A stretch of 32,730 nucleotides of DNA from Chiloscyllium plagiosum (lineage: Eukaryota), in NCBI RefSeq assembly GCF_004010195.1, contig NC_057718.1, positions 10,308,476 through 10,341,205 of the forward strand, written 5' to 3'. The position numbers and the translations under genes were made by a program. This document shows positions 11,057-22,128 of the stretch, piece by piece. Every line of letters begins with the position of its first letter. Positions within the stretch are counted from its first letter, which is position 1. Under the pieces are notes generated by a model that searched no databases, was not told where the DNA came from, and worked only from the letters and a program-made list of their open reading frames with translations.

Positions 11057-11463
11057 AGGTAAAAACAAGGATTGCAGATGCCACTGGGGAGACTAGACGC
11101 CTTCTCACAGAGCGCTTTAGGAAACATCTCCGGGACACCCACACCTCTACATTGGGGAGACTGGACGCCTCCTAGCAGAGCACTTTAGGGAACATCTCTG
11201 GGACACCCGCACCAATCAACCCCACCGCCCCTGTGGCCCAACATTTCAACTCCCCCTCCCACTCAGCCAAGGACATGGAGGTCCTGGGCCTCCTTCACCG
11301 CTGCTCACTCACCACCCGACGCCTGGAGGAAGAACGCCTCATCTTCCACCTCAGAACACTTCAACCCCAGGGCATNNNNNNNNNNNNNNNNNNNNNNNNN
11401 TTTCCTGCTCCTCGGATGCTGCCTGACCTGCTGTGCTTTTCCAGCACCACTCTAATCTAGCCC
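11057..11463 (+). mobile_element. Penelope-like element, 5'-truncated, GIY-YIG region, with 16-bp target-site duplication
   Basis: Translation LYIGETGRLLAEHFREHLWDTRTNQPHRPVAQHFNSPSHS..LEEERLIFHLRTLQPQG; flanking direct repeat ctatcaaatatgtaaa at 11041-11056 and 11464-11479; contains the gap 11376-11400. Confidence 0.88.
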
Positions 11464-11487
11464 CTATCAAATATGTAAAGGCATGAG

Positions 11488-11653
11488 ATAAAGTTAAAAA
11501 CCACACAAGACAAAGGAGCAGTACTTCGAAAGCTCATACTTCCAAATAAATTCAACTATAACCTGGTGTGGTGTGATTTTTAACTGTATCTCAGGCCTGA
11601 ACATATTTGATGAACTTTGTCCACTCCAGTCCAACACTGGCACCTCCACATCA
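11488..11653 (+). mobile_element. Degenerate family-A short Penelope-derived element
   Basis: aaggagcagtacttcgaaagctc..ccaaataaa..aacctggtgtggtgtgattttt..ccagtccaacactggcacctccacatca, similar to 3495-3610. Confidence 0.7.
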
Positions 11654-12541
11654 GACCTGAGATAGACAGATGTTTAAACTTTAGGGGAATCAAGGAACAG
11701 GCAGAAAAGTTGAGGCTAATCTCTGGTCAGTCTTGAGGAATGGAGGGGCTGAATGGCCTATTCCTGTTTCCTATACTAACTTTCCATGACCTCTACTGCC
11801 AGCCTACCTGTACCAGATCTGATTGGGACAAAATTGTGTTGGAGTGCAATTCCATATTTCTCCTTCTCTTCAGGCTCTCTCCTCCCTCTGTACTTCATTA
11901 CCTGCTGGTGGTAAATATCTGGGAATTTACTTTTCTTTTAGCTGCTTAGTTCAGGCAGACAGAAGCTGGAGTCATCCATTTGGTAGTACAGCAGTAAGAG
12001 CAGGGAGTTGGGCAAGAGAATAGCATCTCTCTAAATGAAGCTTTCAACAATTGGGAAGTCTGACAACAGTGTCCTATTCTGGAACTTGGAATAATTACTG
12101 CACGTTCGCTGCAACAGCAGAAGAAGACTTTTGAAGATAAAGCACTTTTAAGTTTTGAAAGGCTCTTGCCAACGTAGATGTAGAAAGGATGTCTCTGCTT
12201 CCAGGAAAGGCCAGAAATAGTCACAAACATATGATAATTGGTAAAAAAAATCCAGTTGGGAATTTGGGGAAAATTCTTTCCACATGCTCACCAAATTCCA
12301 TGTAATTCCTTCCTACAGGGAGTGGTTGAGGCAGATAACATGGGAGCACTTCAGGTGAAGCTGAGAGTGTATCAAGTTCTGAATATGGGTCTCCACAGAT
12401 GCTCCCAGACCAGCTGAGAATTTCCAGTGATTTCTGTTTATGTTTGAGAAAGTTATTACTGACGGTTAAATAGAGTAAAGTCGTAGAAAATTCATGTACA
12501 TAACAAACACTGATCATAAAGCTTTTTCTTGTACTGTGGAT

Positions 12542-12989
12542 TGACAGTGATTGTAACGAGGTCAATCAGATGGACTTTGTGAAATATGAGTTCCCTGATT
12601 GGGGCTGTTAATCTGGCCCAATCAGGGAGCTCTGGCTGACAGATAAAAACAAGAGTATCCCCCCTTCACTGTTTGATCACACAGCATTGCCCTTTTGTGA
12701 AGGGCACTGCTTGTCACTGGCCACTCAGGTGTTTTCCTATCTTCCTGGTGGTGGAAATTGAATAAAGATTCGTGCACCTTGTGTCTCTCACTGTGTAAGG
12801 AAAAAAAAATGTTTGATCACACAGCATTGCCTTTTGTGAAGGGCACTGCTTCAAAAAAAAACAGGAGTATCAGAGGTTCCATTCCCTCTCAGAGCTGGCT
12901 CTGAAGGAGCTGGATCAGTGCAAGAACTTGCCATTTATAAATAAAGGGTGACTTGGTGACAGGATACCGGCCTCTGTGGAGTTATTTCA
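12542..12989 (+). mobile_element. Solo LTR-like element containing a nested insertion (12660-12856)
   Basis: Ends in ..gttatttCA with an internal AATAAA; second homologous copy at 28001-28197. Confidence 0.6.
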
Positions 12990-13514
12990 TAATCTACGTA
13001 CATTGAAGGTAAAGTGTAAAAGGCAGGATTAATAATGATGAGCAGAGAAGCCTTGGTGTGCACAGGTCATTAAAGCTGGCTGTGCAAGTCAGTAAATTTC
13101 AATGAAGGCAAGTGAAATCCTTAATTGCATAGTTACAGTAATTTACATCTCTATAGCAAAAGGTGTCTACACAAAAGGTAGCCAGAGAAACAGAAGAAGA
13201 TGATATCATGAAAGGTACCAGGTATGTAAAGGCAAAATGTAGAGAGGAACATTGAATATTAGAAGCCTTCTAGGTGGGCAGCAATTGGCTTATTGTGGTT
13301 AGCTTTGGCCAGTTCTTCCAAGAAGGATATAGAGCAAATGGATAAATACAATGGAGCATCGTTAGGGCATTCACGGGAGTGTGGAGTTATAGTACGGAAG
13401 TCAAACATTAGACGTTGGAGTATTTATTTGCAAGTGTGGAAAGTTGGTGATCTGATGGAGAAGTCACACACACCCAATACGTTGTTTAGGATAAACAGTG
13501 ACAGATTGCTAGAA

Positions 13515-13975
13515 GAAGGATGTTGTCAAACTCGAGAGGGTGCAGAAGAGATTTACGAGGATGTTGTTGGAGTTGGAGGGTTTGAGCTATAGGAAGAACC
13601 TAAATAGGCTGGGGCGGTTTATCTGGAGCATCAGGGGCTGAGCGCTGACCTTATAGAAGTTTATAAAATCATGAGGGGCATAGATACGGTAAATAGCCAA
13701 GGTATTTTTCCTTGGATAGGGGAATCCAAAACTAGAGGGCATAGTTTTAAGATGAGAGGGGAAAGGTTTAAAAGAGAACTAAGGGGCAACTTTGTCACAT
13801 AGAGGGTGGTACATGTATGGAATGTGGTGGGGCTGGTACAATGATAACATTTAAAAGAAATCTGAATGGGTACATGAATAGGAAGGGCTTAGAGGGGCAT
13901 AGGCCAAATGCTGGCAAATGGGACTAGACGGGTTGGACTGAAGGGTCTGTTTCTGTACTTACAACCCTATGACAC
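13515..13975 (+). mobile_element. CR1/HER1 LINE 3' fragment
   Basis: Collinear with 558-1070 (gatgttgtcaaactcgagagggtgcagaagagatttacgaggatgttg..). Confidence 0.85.
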
Positions 13976-14084
13976 TGCTTGGAGAGATGGTACTAACTTA
14001 AGATAATTGCATATGCAATTAAATGAAAAGTTAGAAATATACATAAAAGGGATCAGTCACATGCAAATCATCAACAAGGCATGA

Positions 14085-14545
14085 GTCAGGATAGAATACT
14101 GCCCACTTGCCTGGATGAGTGCAGCTCTAACAATACTTAAGGAGATTGACATCATCCAGGAGAAAGCAGCCTGCTTGATTGTCACCACATCCACTGTTTC
14201 CACCCCTGACGCTTAGTAGCAGCAGTGTGTACCACCTACAAGATGCACTGCAGAAATTCACCAAAGATCTTAGACAGCGCCTTCAAAACTTACTACCAGT
14301 ACCATCTAGAAGGACAAGGGTAGCAGGTACATGGGAACACCATCACCACCTGCAAGTTCCTCTCCAGGTCACTCACCATACTGACTTAGAAATATATTGC
14401 TGCTTCTTCAGTATCTCTGGTCAAAATCCTGGGATTCCTTTCCTAACAGCATTATATGTCTACTGACAGCACATGGATTGCAACAGTTCAAGTAAGCAGC
14501 TCACCATCACCTTCTGCAGGGTAACTAGGGATAGACAATAAATGA
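14085..14545 (+). mobile_element. LINE 3' end remnant (second family)
   Basis: gtcaggatagaatactgcccacttgcctggatgagtgcagctc..gcagctcaccatcaccttc..caataaatg; reverse-complement copies at about 3780-4710 and a partial copy at about 29870-30030. Confidence 0.65.
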
Positions 14546-14825
14546 CATCGCATAGGAACACGCTAGTGGATTCGATGGGTCCATTGAACTGCTTTGGTGT
14601 TGGTACGATACTGATTCTATCCTCTTTCCATTAGTAAGAGAGAGGGTAAAACTGAGGAAGGAGCTAACTGCTGTCATGAGAGAGGATGCGAAACAACATA
14701 ATTTAGATGATTCTGGTTCTCAGAACTTACACTGACGAGAAAAACACGTTATTTCTTTTACAAAGTGGAACCTAATTCAGGTTTTCAACATTGTGAAAGG
14801 CTTAAAAATATTGCCAAAACCAATT

Positions 14826-15340
14826 CAAGACTTGCATTTATGTAGTGCCTTTCACAATCGTAGGATGTGAAAGCCAGTTAGCAACTTTACACCACAGCAG
14901 TAGCTCACTCTAATCAGCCAATTTGCTCACAGAAAGCTCGCTGGAACAAACAGATCAGGGGCAGGAGTAGGCCATTCAGCCCTGCACTACCATACAATAA
15001 AATCATGGCTGACCTGCTGGTGACCTCAACTTCATATTTTAAGTTATCCCCTCATTGTAATACTTATTAGACCATCTGTTTTTGTGATGCTGGCTGAAGA
15101 ATTACTATTGGCCAGTACACAAGGGATGGCTTTCATTGTCATCTTCACAATAGGGATCTTTTAGACCCACCCAACAGGTCAGGAAGGATCTCCCCTTGAT
15201 GGTTCATCAGATGGATAGCACCACCGTCAGTATCCATAAAGGGCATCAGCCTAGATCACAGTAGCCAGGTCTCTGAGTGGGATTTGAACCTACAAAGTTC
15301 TGACTCAAAAGGGAGAGTGTTACCCGCTGAACCACACTGA
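14826..15340 (-). mobile_element. DeuSINE (SacSINE1/AmnSINE1-like) relic, interrupted
   Basis: gacttgcattttatgtagtgcctttcac..ccaatttgctcacag..tctgtttttgtgatg..gggatcttt..tgggatttgaacc..gctgaaccac is the reverse of a tRNA head plus Deu-like domain. Confidence 0.55.
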
Positions 15341-16359
15341 GGGATAGGCTCAGACTCTCTGGAATTCAATTTAAGGACTTGGAAAGCAAAGGTAATAACA
15401 GGCATGGTATAAAACACCAGGGAAGAACATCAAATAGTTGAAGCATTAGGAGACAAGAAGACTGAGGGTTGTGGTGAGAAGGTGGAGATGGTACATATCA
15501 AAATGGGATAGACTAGATTTGCCACATGATAGCAATGATGCAAAGAATAATTGAGGAATGTGGACTTTAGCTAAATTCCATAGTGTTTCATTATTGGAGT
15601 GACCCCAATATTAAATGTTCAAAATAGTTGCACAGAGTAACCACGATGTGTCATATTGTTTCCTGTCAATTGCAGGATTGGTTAACCCACAGGAAAGAGA
15701 GAGTTGAGATAAATGGGTTATTTTTCAGCATGATAAACAGCGGAGTGCCACAGGATCACTCGATTACAATATACATTTGTGACTTGGATGGGGGAGGAGA
15801 AAGAATTGTAACCAAATTTGCTGATGATACAAAAATGCATAGGAAAGCAAGTTGTATTTTGGACACAAGGCTCTTTTAAATAAAAGGGATATAAATAGGT
15901 CAAATGAGTGGTCAAAAAAATCAGCCGATAATGTACAATGTAGGAAAATGTGAAGTCGCCTACTTTATTTTGAAAGATAGAAAAGCAGAATGTTAATTAA
16001 ATATGGTGAGACTACAGAATACTGTGGGATTTAGGTGTCTTTGTATATGAATCTCAATCTTAACATTGTAGGAGCAGTGAGTACACAGGAAGGTAAATGG
16101 TTTAAGTTGGTCCTTATTGCTAGTGGAATGGCTTATAAAAGTAAGGAATTCTTGCTACACCTTTACAGGTAAATGGATGACCATGTAGTTTTAGTTTCCT
16201 TACTTAAGAAGGGGTGTGTTGCATTGAAAACAGTTCACTGAGCTAAGTCCTGGGATAAAAGGCTAAGCTTGTAATATAAAGCTGAGCAGGTTGAGCCTAT
16301 ACTCCTTGGAGTTTAAAAGAATGGTTGGTGATCTTATTGAAACATTCAGAGGGGGCCTG

Positions 16360-16560
16360 ATGATGTGAAGGTGCCAGTGTTGGACTGGATTGGACAATCT
16401 CAGAAATCACATGACACCAGGTTGTAGTCCAACAGATCTATTCAAAGCCACGAGCTTTCGGAGCTCTGCTCCTTCATCAGGTGACAGTGCTCTGAAAGTT
16501 TTTGATTCTAAATAAACCTGTTGGTCTATAACCTGATGTTGTGTGACTTCTGACTTTGTC
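16360..16560. mobile_element. Palindromic family-A Penelope-derived element
   Basis: Imperfect inverted arms at about 16399-16468 and 16485-16553 flank the hammerhead core. Confidence 0.75.
16449..16483 (-). ncRNA. Minimal type-I hammerhead ribozyme motif (Penelope-associated)
   Basis: Minus strand: CAC-CUGAUGA-A-GGAGC-AGA-GCUCC-GAAA-GC-UC|GUG; all core nucleotides are present and stems I and II pair. Activity has not been shown. Confidence 0.72.
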
Positions 16561-17636
16561 AGATGTGAACCAGAGAAGATGTTTCTTCTCGTTGGTGAAT
16601 CTAGAACGAGTGGTCGCAGTTTAAAAATAAGGGGAGTCCCATTTAAGTAAATGAGGAATTTCTTCTGAGGATCATTCAACTTTGGGCAGGACCGTGGGGG
16701 CCAGATCATTGATTATATTCAAGGTGGAGTTAGACAGTTTTTAAGTTCATGAGAGTTGAGGGTTATGGGGACAGGCAGGAAGGTGGAGTTAAGGCCACAA
16801 TCAGAAGAGCCATGATCTTACTAAATGCCCTTTGAGCTTGCTTCACCACTGTCCTGCTTCTTTCTGATGATCTTGTGTAGATTGAAGCCAGAAACCAACC
16901 AACAAACAGTTGTTCGTTTAGAATAATCTGATGCATTTTGGAGATGGTCCCTTACCACCATCAAGGTCAGAGTGAGTCAGACTGCGGTCTGATAACAAAT
17001 TCTGTTTGGCAGGTGTGTTTACTGTACAAACTGTCCACCCTCGCTGCATTGTCTGTCTGCCATTCTTTTATCATCAGTTCTGTAGCTTTATGTTGGTAAT
17101 CTTTTTCCATGTGGGTGCTATTTCTGAATACTCGTGGGTTTTTAATTCAAGAGAGGAAAATGTCAGCATTTGTTCATTCCAAACCCAAAAAGAAACAAAC
17201 CTATTTTTAAATACAAAAGGTTAGTTCTTAGGTCGGGAGAAATGAAACACTTTCTGAAGTTTAAAACTAGCTTGGATCGAACAAGTGATAAAGCGAGTGA
17301 TGAGGATGTGGAAGTGCACTGCCTGAGACTGTGGTGAAGGCTGGTTCAACTGTGGCTTTCAAAAAGGTTCTGGGGAAAATTCTCCACAGAGATGAGATTT
17401 TAGGGTTGTATGGAAAGATAAGCGAGTGAGACTGTCTAAGTCGCTCTTGTGGAGAACTAGCACTGGACACGGAAGGAGTGGGATGGGGAGATGGAGGATG
17501 GAAGCGAGACCTGTCTCCAAAGAGCTTGTACTGCAGTGATGGGCTGAATAGTCTCTATCTCTGCCATGGATAAGAGGATTTAATTGTGCAGTTTCCATTT
17601 CAGAACGCTCCTGTTCATCAGCTGGTAAGCTGAAAC

Positions 17637-17935
17637 GGGGTGGCAGGGTGTCTCGGTGGTTAGCACTGCTGCCTCACAGCAACAGGGAGCTGGGTTCAAT
17701 TTCAGCCTCGGGTAACCGTCAGTGTGGAATGTGCATACTCTCCCGGGGTCTCCTCCAGATGCTTTGGTTTTCTTCCACGGTCCCAAGATGTGCAGGCTAG
17801 ATAGATTAGCCATGGGAAATGTAGGGTTATGGGGATAAGATAAGGGGGGGTGAGTCTTTGTGGGATGCTCTTCAGAGGGTCAGTGTGGACTTAATGGGCC
17901 AAATGGCCTGCATCTCCACTGTAGGGATTCTATGA
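17637..17935 (+). mobile_element. HE1-like V-SINE, diverged copy
   Basis: ggtggttagcactgctgcctcacagc..gggttcaat..cccaagatgtgcaggctag..gattctatgat. Confidence 0.8.
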
Positions 17936-18384
17936 TATGGTTAAACGGGAATTCTCCCCTCTCAGTTGTTGGGCCCTTTGCAGTCGTTGCAAACACTGGC
18001 CTAGTAATGGAGTGGTGTTAGTACAGACACTCACTATCTCTCTACCACAAGAGGAGAAGAAAATATTTGGGGAATGTGAATCACTGTTGTTGAGCAAGCC
18101 TTCATATCAGGTGGCAGCAGAGGGAAGAGCAGACACTGGGTGTCGGAATTTGATCCTAAATGACTTCTGAGCAAACAAGTGTTGGGAATTATTAACTTAC
18201 AAAAGCCAGGGCTCACAGTGTGCGATTCTACCCCATCTTCTCAGTAATTCCAGAATTTTCCAGAATATCCCTTTCTGTTTGTAGACTGAAAGCAGATTTT
18301 TCCATGTTTACTTTGGATTTAATGTACTACACTGATTCACTCTCTCCCCTCCATTTCGTACCCCTAAACTCACTTCTTAAAAAA

Positions 18385-18940
18385 TTCATTCATGGGATGT
18401 GGGCGTCACTGACTGGGCCAGTTCAAAGGGCAGTTAAGGGTCAACCACATTGCTGTGGGTCTGGAGTCGCATGTAGGCCAGACCGGGTAAGGATGGCAGT
18501 TTCCTTCCCTAAAGAACACAGGAGGTTTTTCCCCTGACAATCGACAATGAATTCATGGTCATCATTAGATATTTATCAAATTCAAATTCCACCATCTGCT
18601 GAGGCAGGGCCCCCGAAACATTACCACAGTCTCTGGATTATTAATCTAGTGATAATACCATGAGGCCATCACTTCCTTGTTCAATTAATATGTTAAGAAT
18701 ATAAAGCTAGTCTCCGTAATATTGACCAAAAAACTATCGTAGGATGTTGGGACAATCCATCTGGTTCACTAATGCCCCTTAAGGATGGAAATCTTCTGTC
18801 CTTACCCAGTCTGTCCTGTATGTGACTCCAGACCACGATACTATGGTTGGCTCCTAACTGCCCTCTGAAATTGCTGAGCAAAAATACTCAGTTCAATGAA
18901 ATTCGGGACTGGGGAGTTAAGGCTTGCCAACATAAATGAA
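18385..18940. mobile_element. Two oppositely oriented copies of a second SINE family (18385-18670 minus; about 18690-18940 plus)
   Basis: gtcaaccacattgctgtgggtctggagtcgcatgtaggccagacc and its reverse complement; the same family occurs at about 3190-3350, 24140-24310 and 29395-29720. Confidence 0.6.
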
Positions 18941-19031
18941 ATAACCTGTTTTTTTTAAATTATGCATTGGGGACATCCTGTGGCAATGTAAATGCAGTAA
19001 GTCTATTTTTTTAAATCAATCTATTCTTAAT

Positions 19032-19355
19032 GGGTGGCACAATGGCTCAGTGGTTAGCAGACTGCCTCACAGCCCGGGACCCGGGTTCAATTCCCGCCTC
19101 AGGCAACTGTCTGTGGAGTTTGCACACAGTTTCTCCCCGTGTCTGCGTGGGTTTCCTCTGGGTGCTCCGGTTTCCTCCCACAGTCCAAAGATGTGCAGGT
19201 TAGGTGAATTGGCCATGCTAAATTGCCCATAGTGTTAGGTGCATTAGTCAGGGGTAAATGTAGGGGAATGGGACTGGGTGGGTTGCTTTTCGGAGGTTCG
19301 GTGTGGACTTGTTGGGATGAAGGCCGGTTTCCACACTCTAGGGAATCTAAACTAA
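19032..19355 (+). mobile_element. HE1-like V-SINE, near full length
   Basis: tRNA head (tggctcagtggttagca..ggttcaattcc), V-domain and aatctaa tail; possible 7-bp TSD tcttaat (19025-19031 / 19356-19362). Confidence 0.9.
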
Positions 19356-19689
19356 TCTTAATTTTAAAGACCACTATCAGATTTTCTAAGAGCCCCTTGA
19401 ACATAGCCCTGGTGTCAGTGCTGCACTGAGTGAGGGGAGCAGTACTGTGTACAGGGTGATTTATGGCTTTGTCATGAGTCACACTAAGACAAGTTTACAG
19501 TTTGAAAGGGCGTCTCTGTGTGAGGGAGCTGCTGGGTAGCTACAACTGCTGTGCTGTGACTTGGTTCACAATCTTCTAAACTTACGAAACACCTTCAGTA
19601 TTGTGACACCGCCCTTTTGCACAGATTGAGAGAGATCATTTTACCTGGGCACACCTTGTACTAACAATGTTTCCCACCTCCTATGCGAA

Positions 19690-20030
19690 ATGACTTGCGT
19701 TTACCTAGCACCTTTGCTAACCACCCAAAGTTATTTTACATCCAATGAACTACTTTTTTGAAGAACAGTCACTGTTGTAATGTAGGAAAGGGCAGCAACC
19801 GTTTGCACACTGCACGCTCTCACTAACAGCAGTGTAATAATTACCACATAGTCTGTGGCAGTGATGTTGATTGAGGGATAAATATTGTGCCTAGGGTAGC
19901 AGGGAGAAAATCTCTGGATTTCTTTTAAACAATCCCGCGGGACGTTTTACATCCATCTGAGTGACCAGATGGGACATCCAGTTAATTGAGAAAGGCAGCA
20001 CCTCTGACAGTGCAGCACTCACACTGTACT
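19690..20030 (-). mobile_element. DeuSINE-like relic (best-preserved copy)
   Basis: ccaatgaactacttttt..cactgttgtaatgtaggaaa..gtgatgttgattgagggataaatattg..gcacctctgacagtgcagcactc. Confidence 0.6.
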
Positions 20031-20031
20031 C

Positions 20032-20116
20032 CTCGGATGCTGCCTGAACTGCTATGTTCTTCCAGCACCACTAATCCAAAATCTGGTTTCCAGCATCTGC
20101 AGTCATTGTTTTTACC
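20032..20116 (+). mobile_element. 85-bp family-B Penelope terminal fragment with 8-bp TSD
   Basis: gatgctgcctgaactgct..ccagcatctgcagtcattgtttttacc flanked by ctgtactc (20024-20031 / 20117-20124). Confidence 0.75.
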
Positions 20117-20158
20117 CTGTACTCAAATGGCCAGGTCAGCCTTAAGAATGTTTTTTTG

Positions 20159-20373
20159 TTAGATTAGTGTGGAAACAGGCCCTTCGGCCCAACAAGTCCA
20201 CACTGACCCTCCGAAGAGCAACCCACCCAGACCCATTCCCCTACATTTACCCCTTCACCTAACACTATGGTCAGTTTAGCATGGCCAATTTACCTAGCCT
20301 GCACATTTTTGGACTGTGGGAGGAAACCGGAGCACCTGGAGGAAACCCACGCAGACACAGGGAGAATGTGCAA
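20159..20373 (-). mobile_element. 5'-truncated HE1-like V-SINE
   Basis: Reverse complement of the 3' two-thirds of 19032-19355. Confidence 0.88.
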
Positions 20374-20894
20374 ATGTTCTTGAATCTCGGGAGTGGAGCA
20401 TGAATTCGTGGCTTTATTATTTAACGGTGGAAGGTCAACCCATTAAGCCCATGTCTGGTATCTGACCATAAATAACAATTAGGAGCAGGAGTTGACCATT
20501 CAGCTCCTCAAGCCTGTCCCGCCAGATGATACCGGTGGCCTCAACACCACTTTCCTGCTCGCTCCTTATAACCTGTGACTCCCCCTTAGCAAACCAATCT
20601 AGCTCAGCTGTGTCTCTCATCAATGACCCAGCTTCTGCCCCTCTCTGGGGGAAAGAATTGCAAAGACTAACGACCGGCTGATGGAATGCCTTTCTCTCCA
20701 AATGGGAGGTCCCTTCTTCTGAAACAGAGCACCCCAGTTCTAGATTCCGCTATGAGGGAAAACATCTTCTCAGCCTCTGTCAAGCCTCCTCAGAATTTGA
20801 ATTCTTTCAACAAGATCATGCCCCTCCCATTCTCCAAAATTTCAGTAGGTTCAGATCCAACTTCTGAACACATCCGTGTCACCTCAGGAACTAG

Positions 20895-21181
20895 GGGATA
20901 GTGAGGACTGCAGATGCTGGAGACTCAGAGTCGATAGATTGTGGAGCTGGAAAAGGAACAGCAGGTCAGGCAGCATCTGCGGAGCAAGAGAGTCAACGTT
21001 TCAGGCAGGACCCTTCATCAGTGCTCCTGATCAGGAGGAGGAAGGTGGGAGGAAGGGGTGGGGAGGGGTGGAGGAGGAGAAGGAGTAGGGCGGAGGAGGA
21101 AGTGGGCAGGAGAAAGGTTAGGCCTGAAGTCTTGACTGTCTTGCCCCTCAGATGCTGCCTGACCTGCTGTTCCTTTTCCAT
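20895..21181. mobile_element. Palindromic family-B Penelope-derived element with 12-bp TSD, inserted in a minus-strand CR1 remnant
   Basis: Perfect 32-bp inverted repeat at 20948-20979 / 21149-21180; TSD ctcaggaactag at 20883-20894 / 21182-21193; hammerhead core at 20991-21027 (minus). Confidence 0.8.
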
Positions 21182-21804
21182 CTCAGGAACTAGTCAAATG
21201 AGCCTTTTCTGAATTGCTAATGCAATTGGAGCCTTGCTTAAGTAAAGAGAGCTAAACTGTCGACAGTTCCCTCAGTGCAGTCTTACTAAGACCCACTAAT
21301 ACTGTTCGGAATATTGCTTGGTTCACTGGCAGCCCACGTTTGTTTGAAGTATTCCCTTTTTCAACCCTGCTGTCCGAAATTCAGCCTCCATCCACGTGTC
21401 ATCCATTATCCAACAGCATGTCCTCTGCAGTATTCCCAGTTTGTCTCTCTCTGCCCACTGAGAGGAGTGAGATTATAGGGAAGTGGCCTGTGCAGTTGGT
21501 GTAGGAAGGCGAGGTAGGCTTTATTATAATGGCAAATCACTGTGGCTGGTCACTATGCTAGAATATCTGATGCATTCTGGGGTGTGTTGGGTAGTCACCA
21601 GTCCTCCTTACTGATGCCACCTGGGGAAGGATGCCCGTAAAACTGTTGTGGCGGAAGCTAGTCTCAATCTTGATGACCAGAAAATAGGTTTATTGCATAT
21701 TGCTTAGTAATGAGATACATTACATCTGGGAAAAATGATGGTCTCCTCTGAGACAATTTGGCTCAATTTAAGATCAAACGTGTGTTACTATTTTAGTCAG
21801 ATGG

Positions 21805-22128
21805 AGCATGACACTGGGTCATAATCCACCAGGTTTATTTAAAATCACAAGCTTTCAGATCACTGCTCCTTTGTTACTTGATGATGGAGCAGCGGTCTGA
21901 AAGCTTGTCATTTTAAATAAATCTGTTGGACTGTAACCTGATGTTATGTGACTTCTGATTTTGTTCAGAGGAGAAAGTGAGGTCTGCAGATGCTGGAGAT
22001 CAGAGATGGAAATGTGTTGCTGGAAAAGCGCAGCAGGTCAGGCAGCATCTAGGGAACAGGAGAATCGACGTTTCGGGCATTAGCCCTTCTCTGATTTTGT
22101 TCACCCCAGTTCAACACCGGGACCTCCT
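21805..22128. mobile_element. Palindromic family-A element with a nested 122-bp family-B insertion (21968-22089)
   Basis: Inverted arms around about 21872; the nested insert is flanked by tctgattttgttca (21954-21967 / 22090-22103). Confidence 0.8.

Larger units (their letters stand above)
15660..16860 (+). mobile_element. Decayed CR1 LINE, reverse transcriptase to 3' end, interrupted at about 16360-16560
   Basis: Translation INSGVPQ..IVTKFADDTK (RT motifs); downstream CR1 3' motifs. Confidence 0.85.

Noticed and set aside
19032..19100. tRNA gene
   Set aside because: It is the tRNA-derived head of an HE1-like SINE, followed by the SINE body, and no proper cloverleaf is evident; the same applies at 4125 and 17637.
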